Shown: positions 1 to 10,329 of the stretch, piece after piece
How positions within the stretch are numbered: position 1 is the first letter of the stretch
How the letters are laid out: every line of letters starts with the position of its first letter
Source of the DNA: Octopus sinensis
Lineage: Eukaryota
Assembly: GCF_006345805.1 (NCBI RefSeq)
Contig: NC_043019.1
Location: 24,117,360 to 24,181,359, forward strand
Direction of reading: 5' to 3'
DNA length: 64,000 nt
Notes under the pieces: generated by a model
Told to the model about the DNA's origin: nothing
What the model saw: the letters and a program-made list of their open reading frames with translations, nothing else
Database searches by the model: none
Made by a program: the position numbers and the translations under genes

Positions 1-59
1 AATTAAACGCTCAAACTAAAAAATATCCAAAATATAAAACCAGAACACTTAAAAGTAAA

Positions 60-1180
60 GAATAAAAAAAACATAAATGTGAGAATAAAAATCACTTCTA
101 TAGATCAAGCATATGCAAAACAAAACAGATTGCAAAACTACAGAATCAAACCAGTACTGAGCAACCGAATTTGAACCAAAAGTACTCAAATGAAAATATG
201 TATGAAAGAGAAAGGATAATCTAATGATGTTGAGAGTTAAATAATTAAAATTGACAGGAGATAATTTATGCACATTCCTAATTATAAACCATGAAAAGTT
301 TCCAAATTATAACGTTTAACAATAAAGAATGCAAAAACGGTGATCTGAAACTACAATATCGTAAATATTAAGCAAATGACGTGGAACAATAACAGTAGTC
401 CCGATGTATATTTCCTCAAATCTATTCTTTTAGAAACATTTAACTGTGAGAAAACAACATAGAAACTTCCCAATCTTTAATGAAATCAACAATAGATAGT
501 AAAAAAATATTGAAAAGGACTACAAACAAATATTCCTGGAATACAATATAACAAATTAAGAAAGCAACAAAGAATAAGTGAAGCAAGGCGACTTCTTTTT
601 ATAAAGACAGATTCTCTATTCATTCTTATAAAAAGCCATTACATTTCTTTCAACAAAACAATCAGTTCGATTCGAACCGCAAAAAGTCATTATCAAAATC
701 AAAGTAAAAACATTATATGTAAATCTATGTATCTTTAACAAGAAGAGAAACACGAATATAACTACTAAAGAATAATAGAGTATTTTCTGTCTTCAGGAAA
801 GCTAACAAATACAAAGTGTAAGTTGAAGACGGAGATTATTGTGATGAGAAAGGAGGAACACTGTGAAAAGAAAATTGAAAACTAAATGAAAAACTTATTA
901 TGAAATACTTATAGAAAAGGTGGTAAAAATATACTTCACAAAGAGTCACAGAGAATGTTAATCTGCACACATAGGGCGACGAAGGCAAATCGACCGGATT
1001 CTATTATCACGTACTTGCCAGGAAAGGAAATGTCTACTGGCTGGAGAAGCAATTATAAAAGACTAATGAATTTCCCCAAAATGAAGATGGTATTCATAAT
1101 GATTTGGAAATAGAGAGAAGCAGAATATAGAGAATGAAAATAGGATCCATCTCTATTATATATAACAAGGCCTCCAGAAC
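60..1180 (+). mobile_element. Heavily decayed Penelope-like RT/GIY-YIG remnant (tentative)
   Basis: A-rich strand with stop-riddled peptides (KKDYKQIFLEYNIT, SYKKPL) loosely resembling Penelope RT palm/thumb; no intact ORF. Confidence 0.3.
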
Positions 1181-1259
1181 GTTTAAAATAAATTCAGAAA
1201 AACAATATAACTAAAATTGCCGAAATAATACCTAAAATAAAGGAAATCACTGGACTTGC

Positions 1260-2044
1260 GGATCTTTTCACTTTGACCGGCAGATCTTTAAAATAATTTC
1301 TTTGTAACTAAACAATTTTAAACTTCGTATACTGGTAGAATGTGTTACATAAAACATCATTTTCTCTTGGCTTTCTTGAGAAAATTCTGTAGTTTGTAAG
1401 CTATTTCTTGTTAAATTTCTTGCATTTCGGCAATTTCACCCAATCAGTGACGTCTAATGAGGTGAATACAATTTCTGCGGTTCTTTGTCAACAATTTATT
1501 GCGGTGTCTACTCAATTTGTCACTGTTATTTATGACATATTTTATATCAGTTACGTTCGTATGAATAAAAGATTATCGTTATTAAACTTTTATTAATAAA
1601 CACATTTTCTAAGTTCACAACATATGCAGTTTTAATTTCCCTCTCTGCTGCACAGATACACACATACATATTATATATTCGTTTAAGAAACAGATTGGGT
1701 TTCTGAAGAAAAAAGATACCCTTCGCCCCACCCCTAACCCTAATCCTACCCCTAAAACAGATTGAAATGCAATAGATACTAGGGTCATAATTATGGGTGG
1801 ACACTAAACGAGGGAACGGTTTTGTTTTCCAGCTCTGTTTACGAGTGACCCCTCAGTTTATGGCCACACACGTGTATTTGTTTACATTTGAAGAAGATCG
1901 TCACTTTCCGTAAAATTAAATTTTTTTTTATATATGTGGGGTTATGGTTATGGTAAGAGGTGAGGGAGGGTATCTTTTTTCTCATAAAGTGTTTAGTTAC
2001 AAAGAAATTATTTCAAAAATCCGCCGGTCAAAGTGAAAAGATCC
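1260..2044. mobile_element. Non-autonomous DNA transposon (MITE) with ~55-bp TIRs and 8-bp TSD
   Basis: TIR GGATCTTTTCACTTTGACCGGC...TTTGTAACTAAACA at 1260-1314 and its reverse complement ending at 2044 (3 mismatches); direct repeat GGACTTGC at 1252-1259 and 2045-2052. Confidence 0.88.
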
Positions 2045-2102
2045 GGACTTGCCTCTCTGTAATATACCTATAACACTATACATAGTATCTTTTATCTTCT
2101 AC

Positions 2103-2452
2103 TTGTTTCAGTCATCAGACTGCAGCGATGCTGGGGCACCGCCTTCAAGAAATCTTTTGTCGTATTTAATCTTGTAATATTCTAGTAGTTATTCTATCGG
2201 TCTGTTTTGCTGAACTGCTAAGTTACTGGGACGTAAATACATCAACACCAGTTGTTAATCGGTAGAGGGGAACAAACACAGATACAAAGAAACATAGACA
2301 CACGCACATACGACGGGCTTCTTTCAGTTTCTGTCTACCAAATTCACTTATAAGACTTTGCTCGGATGGGGTTATATTAGAAAACACTTGCCCAAGGTGG
2401 GACGGAACCCGGAACCATGTAGTTGTGAAACAAGCTTCTCGCCACACAATCA
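2103..2452 (-). mobile_element. tRNA-headed SINE, family 2 (CCTTGGGCAAG CORE-like motif, internal microsatellite)
   Basis: Minus strand reads ...GGTTCCGGGTTCCGTCC..CCTTGGGCAAGTGT...GAAAGAAGCCCGTCGTA; homologous segments at 23033-23222, 24221-24331, 26638-26860 and 29470-29580. Confidence 0.75.
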
Positions 2453-2609
2453 CGCCGGGTAGACTAGTATCAGTACAATAGAAAAAACAAAGGCCAATCT
2501 TATACGTACCGATAGAAGAGCTGCGTTTGGTTATGCGTTGAAATAAGATAGTTACTAATCCTATTAGTAACACAACAATTTCAAATGTTAGCACAATATC
2601 AGTTACGTT

Positions 2610-2745
2610 TTCGGAGAAAGGGCAAGTCGATTACATGGATCAGAGTGCCCAGCTGCTGCTTATTTCATCGACCTCGAAAGATGAAAGCCAAATTCGACCT
2701 TGAGAAAATTCGAACTACGGAAGAAATGCCGCTAAGTATCTGACC
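2610..2745 (-). mobile_element. Degenerate copy of SINE family 1
   Basis: Diverged AGTCGATTACATGGA...ATCGACCTCGAAAGATGAAAGCC...TTCGAACT motif shared with the 2793-3231 copies. Confidence 0.55.
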
Positions 2746-2792
2746 CCATCACGATACTGTCAACTTACTCGTAATGATGATGATAATTATCC

Positions 2793-3003
2793 TTTTCTTC
2801 TCTAGGCACAAGGCCCGAAATTTGGGGGGAGGGGACCAGTCGATTAGATCGATATCAGTACGCAACTAGTATTTAATTTATCGACCCCAAAAGGATGAAA
2901 GGCTAAGTCGACCTCAGCGGAATTTGAACTCAGAACGTAACGGCAGACAAAATACCGCTAAGCATTTCGCCCGGCGTGCTAACGATTCTGCCAGCTCGCC
3001 TCC
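2793..3003 (-). mobile_element. tRNA-headed SINE, family 1 (tail variant a)
   Basis: Minus strand: GGCGAGCTGGCAGAATCGTTAG (A-box-like), GAGTTCAAATTCC (B box), core GAGGTCGACTTAGCCTTTCATCCTTTTGGGGTCGATAAA resembling the Meta-type SINE core. Confidence 0.85.
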
Positions 3004-3010
3004 TTTAAAT

Positions 3011-3231
3011 ACCTATTTCTTTACTACCCACAAGGGGCTAAACACAGAGAGGACAAACGGATTAAGTCGATTATATCGACCCCAGCGCGTAACTGGTACT
3101 TATTTAATCGAGCCCGAAAGGATGAAAGGCAAAGTCGACCTCGGCGGAATTTGAACTCAGAACGTAACGACAGACGAAATACAGCTACGCATTTCGCCCT
3201 GCGTGGTAACGCTTCTGCCAGCTCACCGCCT
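3011..3231 (-). mobile_element. tRNA-headed SINE, family 1 (tail variant b)
   Basis: Same head and core as above; tail ...TTTAGCCCCTTGTGGGTAGTAAAGAAATAGG; near-identical to 29993-30223. Confidence 0.88.
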
Positions 3232-3989
3232 TTGATAATGATAATTTTTGTAACTATGGTTTTTCTTTGTCATAAGAGTGACGGATATGGAAATTTACTA
3301 AGATAAATTGAAAAAATTTATGCTTTTACTTTGAGTGAAAAATGAAAATAAAAATATGGATATCAATTAGGAAATATTGAAAAATGCTTTACGTTAGAGA
3401 AAAAAGACGTCTTCAGTCTTGTCAAAAACTAACTCGTTTGTCATAATTAGCAGCCAGAATGTCAGAGAAAGCAATTCAGTATTATCAATACTAAGATTTG
3501 ACTGACTCTTTGATTCATCTCTCACTTGTTAATGTGTTCGATGTAAATTCCCAAATCAGTAATATTCGGACACAAAATAAATATGGGGATGTTATGCATG
3601 TAATTTATATTTCAAGCTGGAAACGCAGTCCAGTGTCAGGTAATGGACTTTTTACATTTGTCCATATTCACTTTCCTAAAAGTCTTTCCGAAGAGATTTT
3701 TCAATTGATCATCGTCGGCGCCCATGATATCTCCCAGAATATCGTTTGTACACCTTCCCGAAATTTTTTATAGAGTGGAAAAATTGACGTTCTACTAACG
3801 GTATTGCTTGACTAATTGAGGACTGTTGACGTCCAACAACATATCAGATACTAAATATGCTATCGTAGTCACCGTTGACGCAGCAATAACACCCCAGTTA
3901 ACAATACGAAACGAGAAAAACGCGTTAAATAGATGACATCCACACTTATTCCCGTTCACATTTATCTAGATGCCTATACAGGTGACTGT

Positions 3990-4340
3990 TTGAATTTTTA
4001 AGTAACTTGTTCATCTCCCAGAAAGTCCCTTCAATTTGACTAGATACTGCTTACCCTTCAAGTTCTTCAGAGAGTTAACTACTTGGAATCTGAAATAATG
4101 CTGTGCTTTAATCTCCTGTTAGAACAAATTTTTTCACGCTGTTATAGACTATAGGAAAAACGAAGTTCACTACGTTCTTCTCTCCTAAATACGGAGTATT
4201 TGGGAATAACTATGGGCCACATATATTTATTCCAGCAGCCTATGTTATTTAATACAACGCAGATAGGTCAATGAATTGTGATCAACTGCTCAACAACTCA
4301 GTCGTTCATAGTATTTGCTGTTGAAGATCTTTCGCGTCAG
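3990..4340 (-). mobile_element. Decayed CR1-like LINE 3' fragment (tentative)
   Basis: Minus-strand remnants SKYYERLS... and AQHYFRFQVVNSLKNL resemble the CR1 RT C-terminus; many stops. Confidence 0.35.
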
Positions 4341-4414
4341 GAAACAATATGTAGGTTCCTGTGGCAAAGAAATTAATAACAAATAACTCGAGTCAACGAA
4401 ATATTTTAAAATTT

Positions 4415-5560
4415 ATTATTATTATTATTGTTGTTGTTGTTGTTGCTGTTGTTGTTTTTGTTTACTTTTAATATGCATGCTTGTTACAGTCACTCGCCGA
4501 GAAACCAGCGTCCTAGTCCGAGTGAAGGATATAGAATGTTATAGAATGACTGAAAGCTTGGGGAGGGGAATTAACCTCTCGCATTCCATGCAGTCTTGCC
4601 ATTTCCACTTTCAATTCCGAGTACTTGGGGATTTTTTCAACCTCTTTACTCACAACATTCATGAAATTTGGTATGGCTACATCAGTGATCTGACAGTATT
4701 TGTCTCTCTTTTCAATATGACAATATCCGGCCGACAGTGTTCGATTACACGATCCGTCTGAAAATCATAGTCCCAGAGTATTGTTACTTTTCTATCCTCC
4801 AACACAAATTTACTTGGTACATGCTCATACCAGTTATCTGTAACTTCCTATTGGTAGTTACGGCATAAAAACCAATGAAGACACACACACACTTTATCGT
4901 GGCGGCACTTGTTTTCTGTTTTCCACACATTTTCCACACTTCACAGTGTCTGCGTTTCTGGGTGTCAGAAGTTTTATAGATGCTATACTTCATTGAATTG
5001 GTACCGAGAGCTTGGTTTTGTGCTGCAATGAACGATGCTGTATTATCCTTATCGTCCTGTGTATTTCTTTCAAACTGTCTATGCATTCTTATTTCAAGAA
5101 GGTCTTCTTTTCTTTTATCCTCAGCTCTTTGATTAAGCTCTTTCCCTGCCCATCATTTCATCTGCATTTACACCCAAATTTTTCGCGGCATTTTGCAGCA
5201 GTTCTTATTCACTCCATTTAAGTAACCCTGCCTCCTAATCACTCTCACTTGGTTCATTAGTGTATTTTCTGACATTGGACACATGTCATTTTCCATCCAA
5301 AATTTCAAGGTACGTCGGCTTACTCTGCGATTTATTTCCAGCTTTGCTCTTTCATGACATTCAATAGGTCTATTGTACACTTCCTTCGTCCACTTATGTC
5401 TATTTTTGCGTACACCATGCATGTGGTCTGTTGTGACATAACGACGGTCCGAGGCCAGATCACTGCCACTAATGCGGGAGGTTTCATGATTTCATGAGTC
5501 GTTTGTGGGGTTCCTCTTCCTCTCTTTATGTGTATATACACATGCACGTGTATGTACATA
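4415..5560 (-). mobile_element. Internally deleted R4/Dong-clade non-LTR retrotransposon
   Basis: N-terminal RHKWTKEVYN..ECHER..RVIRRQGYL joined to thumb/zinc-knuckle EMRMHRQF..IAAQNQALGTNSMKY and RLE DFQTDRVIEHCRPDIVI..DVAIP..KYSELKVE; ends in an (AAC)n(AAT)n tail. Confidence 0.85.
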
Positions 5561-5659
5561 CACACACATATATATATATAAATAACGTACTTGCATTGTG
5601 TTGCCTCCATAAGTACAGTGATTATCATTATCACCATCGTTCTACCTATAACATATAAA

Positions 5660-5790
5660 AATATCAATTATAATATGTGTCCCGCTATATTGCAGCAGAT
5701 CTTCGTCCCTATTTATCAAATATTCGGCAAGCGTTCTCTTTCACTTTTTATACAACGGTTTATATTAATCAGTCCTCTGCCACCATTCTT
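5660..5790 (-). mobile_element. Short R4/Dong RT fragment
   Basis: Minus strand KKNGGRGLINI..DEDLLQY, the GGRGL motif downstream of the RT palm. Confidence 0.55.
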
Positions 5791-6035
5791 TTTTTTTTGA
5801 TATACAGACTGTTTACGTTTGCAGTGAACACTTAATACTATCTTTTGCGTTCCCTGTATGAATGACAATCCAGGGGTTATTCTCAACTAATTTTTAGTTC
5901 GTTTACTGGTCATTTCAAGTGCTCCCATTTATCCTCCTCCTCCTCCTCCTCCTCATCATCATCATCATCATCATCGTCATCGTCGACGTCGTCGTCATCA
6001 TCATTATTGTTCTAAATTAAACGAATATATATATA

Positions 6036-6927
6036 TTGGGTCATCCCATAAATAATGCGGCTTTTTCAGTTGCATGAACTAAAAGTAGGAGGGCGATGGT
6101 ATAAACTACCTGCATTAACTTGCTATAAAAGTGGGATGGAAATATAACTTTGTCCTTATTCTTAGTACAAGTCTTGAAGAATGCAGTTCGATTTTAACAG
6201 TTATTTTTTCAAAGCTATAATGGAAGTGACAAAGGAGCACATTCAACATATTTTGCTTTATGAGTTCAATAAAGACACCAACGCAGCGGTAAGTGTGATG
6301 AATGTTAATGCAGTATATGAGGATCGGACAATAAGCATAATCCAGTGCCAATTGTGTTTTCAGAAATTCCGAGTCACAAACTACAGTCTAGAAGATCTGT
6401 AGAGCTCCACGAGGACGTCCTGCAAACTTTGCTGGAGCAAAATCCCATCGTAACTGTTGAGGAACTAGTAGAGAAGCTTGGATTTGGTCATTCAACCATT
6501 ATCGACAACTGCGTACCATCGAAAAACGAATGTCTTTAGTTTCAAGACGAAAGGTGTTCTTCCAAGCGGATAAAGCTCGGCTACATACAGCGAGGATGAC
6601 ATTCCAAAGGCTGGAGCAGTTTGAATGGGCAACGATGCCCCACCCACCATATTCGCCGGACATCGCTCCCTCTGATTATAACTTATTCCGCAGTCTTCAA
6701 AGTCATTTGGACGGAAAAATGACTTTGTTGAGTTCAGAACAGTGAAGGAGTATTTTTCGCCACGGACAAGTGAATTTTGGTAGAGGGGCCTTGCAAGTCT
6801 AACAGAGAGATGAAAGAGCATTCTAGAAAATGAAAGAGAGTATATTTTTGATTGACAAAGAACTTTGTTCATCTTAATTTTGAAAAATAAAAGTATAAAA
6901 AACCGCATTATTTATGGGATAACCCAA
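6036..6927 (+). mobile_element. Internally deleted mariner transposon (892 bp)
   Basis: TIRs TTGGGTCATCCCATAAATAATGCGG / CCGCATTATTTATGGGATAACCCAA with flanking TA; transposase remnants MEVTKEHIQHILLYEF..., EQNPIVTVEELVEKLG and PHPPYSPDIAPSDYNLFRSL. Confidence 0.95.
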
Positions 6928-6993
6928 TATATATGTGTGTGTGTGTGTGTTTGTGTGTGTGTGGGTGTGTGTATGTGTGTGTGTATGTAGGTG

Positions 6994-7029
<36 letters not shown>

Positions 7030-7095
7030 ATATTATATATATATATATATATATAATATATATATGATAATGATGATGATGATGATGAGAGAGAA
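6928..7095. repeat. Compound microsatellite (TG)n(TA)n(ATG)n
   Basis: Direct inspection. Confidence 0.95.
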
Positions 7096-7729
7096 TTATT
7101 ATGAGTGAACATTATTATGGGTATGAAATTTATGAACAATTTCTAGATAAGTACTTTTCCTTGTTATATAGACTTCATGTCTTAGAAACACATGCCAGCT
7201 ATAATTTTGTTTCAGAAAGGATTTATATTAGTTACGGTATTACGAACATCGTTAATTGATAGAGAAGCAGCTGCAGCAACAACAAAAAAGGATGGAGGAA
7301 ACGCAGCCTTTTTTTATTTCTATATCTTAATGAGTTTAAGTATAATAGTAACAGCTGGTAAACTTTTATTCCTAAAAACATCTTTGATGGTATTTTTAGG
7401 AAAATATTCAAGAAGATTATCTTAATTTTGCCCTAGAATTGTATTCAAAATGTTGCTCAATATAAGAATCGATACATTCGAATAGAATAGTGTCTAAAAT
7501 GTTGAGTATTGAATCATTTGACAATGTGTAAAAACATCTTTAGTAGACGAGAAATAGTTTAGGGTTAACTGAGGGAAAACTTTTGCTCTACGTCCCAGCA
7601 GAATTACTAATTCTTTCTCATTTATAACCTGAAAAAATTTAGATACAGGGAAAGTTACGAAGTTCATCTTTTCCAAGGTCATTATTTACAATAATGGTTT
7701 CATAATGGTTAAATTTGCCTGAGCAGATG

Positions 7730-8420
7730 GTCAGCTTCTAGAGGAGTCGAGTGAAATATAGTCGAATGACTGTATCCTGGTATGTCATTTTTAATCAGCC
7801 TGGAGGATTTGAATTCAGAATGTTGAGGTACGGAGAGGTTAAGGATAAGTATTGATTCATCCAATTTACTAGTAAGTAAAGCTAAATAGCAGTTATATTG
7901 ATACTAGGAGGAGGTAAACTGATGTCATAAGATATGTTTTTTTCTCATGAATATTAACTAGATAAATAATGGACAATGCTTTCTGATATCAGCATAACGC
8001 CAGTAATTCTGGGGGAAGGGGAATGATCGATACCAGTGAATCCAGTACTTGACATGTACATTATTATAACAACTCCGAGGGGATGAAATGGCGTGATTTG
8101 AACACAGAACGCAAATAACCGGAGTAAATGCTGCAATTCAATTCTTTCCAACGCTCTAACGAATCTGCTAGCTAGCCGCCTTATAAATAACCGTTTCCAC
8201 AATAGACATAACGCCTGAAATTTTGAAGGAGGAGGAAAGTCGATTATATCGACACCAGTGCTCAACTGTTACTTATTTTATCGACCCTAAAAGGATGAAG
8301 GCTAAGTCGACGCCGGCGGAATTTGAACTCAGAACATAGCAACGTACGAAATGCCGATTAGCAGTGTGTCCGACATGCCAACGATTCTTTCAGTTCCCCA
8401 CCTTAGCCGCCTTATAGATG
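7730..8420 (-). mobile_element. Cluster of three diverged SINE family 1 copies
   Basis: Core AGTCGATTATATCGAC...ATCGACCCTAAAAGGATGAAGGCTAAGTCGAC..GGAATTTGAACTCAGAAC clear at 8200-8410; weaker copies at ~8000-8185 and ~7730-7920. Confidence 0.7.
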
Positions 8421-8765
8421 ATGAGAAATGAAAATAGGAAATTAGTATATGATATCACAAACCATTAGGCATATAATTTTACTGGTTTAGTCTTGTTTTT
8501 GTTAACGATAGTAGCTTGATATTTTGCCACAAAATGAAATGAGAGAAAAATATGCAAAATTTACACGTTTCTCGAGTGTTTCATTAATTTAAAGTAAATC
8601 TAATCGTAACGAATGAGAAATTATGCAGGATATTCATTTATGAGTTTACTTCTAACTATATTTACTTCATTACAAATGTGGCGTCACGTAACAACTCACA
8701 AAATAATTGTTATACACAGTTTCAGATTGTAGCGAAACGGAACGACTCCTATTCATTGATAACAA

Positions 8766-8915
8766 ATCAGCATACAGGCTGAAATTTTGGTGGAGGGAGC
8801 TAGTCGATTACATCAGCATCAGTGCTCAACTGATATTTAATTCACAGACTCACAGTGCAAAGCCGGGCAAAATGCTAATACGAAATTTGTCCGGAGTACT
8901 AACGATTCTGAACTA
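8766..8915 (-). mobile_element. Partial SINE family 1 copy
   Basis: AGGCTGAAATTTTGGTGGAGGGAGCTAGTCGATTACATC tail plus a deleted head. Confidence 0.6.
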
Positions 8916-10044
8916 AATGCATAAATGCATGAAAATAACGAACACTACATAGAATTATGGTTTATTCTGGGGTGTGAAATATGATGCCTAGGATAGAAAC
9001 ATTGTTCTTCAAAGAAATTTTGATGTTTCAGGATTCTTCTTTGGCTTTATTCCCTTGACACCTGCGCCTTAAAATTTTTACTCCATTTAGAGATGACATC
9101 ATATCTTAAGTGATAAGATGCCATCTCAAAATGAAGTAATTTAAAATAAATATTTCATTTATTTAGTGTTTGCTGTGTAAGATAAATTCCATGCAAACTT
9201 CTGTTAGTATATCTGTGACAATTACATTTTCGAAACCCACTGCATTCAAACTACAAGGGAATATAATCATTGCTAGCTAACAAAATATCAGTTTTATAGT
9301 GTTGACACTGCTTATGACTTGGATGTGTATCTTTAACTTGGTGAACTTCAAGCTATTGAAGGTTTATCTCAAGACTGAATCCATGATAAGGTCGATCAGT
9401 TTATTTGTTCGCAGATCGGTTCCATATTAATGTTACAATTTACTCCTTATCAACTCACCAGTTTTTGTTATGCACAATTATTATTCTGCTCGTCTCCGAA
9501 GATTTACTAATCCATTTTGTTAGTGTTTGATGGTCCTTATTTGTAAATTTAATGTCATCAACCAAATTCAAATACATGAATGCGTTTTTGATGTAGTGCC
9601 TCTTTATCATTGAACATTATTTGGATATTCTCAATTTAGTTTGCTCAAACACAAAATGGAATTCTTTTATTTCTTTAACAGAATCAAATAGAGGTTTATC
9701 ATACACACATTTCGTTTATATAAGATAGTCAACAGGAGTTTCTTTTCACTACCTATGGTGTTAAATGAAATATGCAATGCAAGTACTGAATGCCAGTCTG
9801 TTGCAAGTAACTTTTCTTGCAGGCTGAATTGTGTTCAGTACTGCAAACGAATGACACTCTAACCAATTTTGCAGTGGTAGCTTACACAAACCGTTGGCAT
9901 ATAATTGCAGCCGGATGGAAGCGGGAGTTCACCGCAGACACAATAAGGTTGCCGGTGACCCTTATTATGCCTGTGGTATCTCAATCAATTAATGACACAG
10001 TCATTTGCTATCTCGCTTGGTCTGTATGCTTCTTTTTCCGAACA

Positions 10045-10275
10045 CACACATGGCGCGCGCGCACACACATACACACATACATACACACTCGCAAACATAC
10101 ACACGCACACACGCACACACACATACACATGTGAATACGTGCATACACTATGCAATAACATACAAATACCCGCACGCAGACATACTGCATATATACATAG
10201 GCATGCATGCATGCATGCATGCATGTATGTATGTATGTATGTATGTATGTATGTATGTATGTATGCAAGTATGTA
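10045..10275. repeat. Compound microsatellite (CA)n/(TGCA)n/(TATG)n
   Basis: Direct inspection; source of the HT/VC/YVCM pseudo-ORFs. Confidence 0.95.
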
Positions 10276-10329
10276 TGTTCTTCTCTTTCTATTTTTAATT
10301 TAGAGTAAATTTTGACTGACCACTAATTG

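Noticed and set aside
1730-1755. Interstitial telomere (CCCTAACCCTAA)
   Set aside because: Only 2-3 degenerate units, lying inside a MITE.
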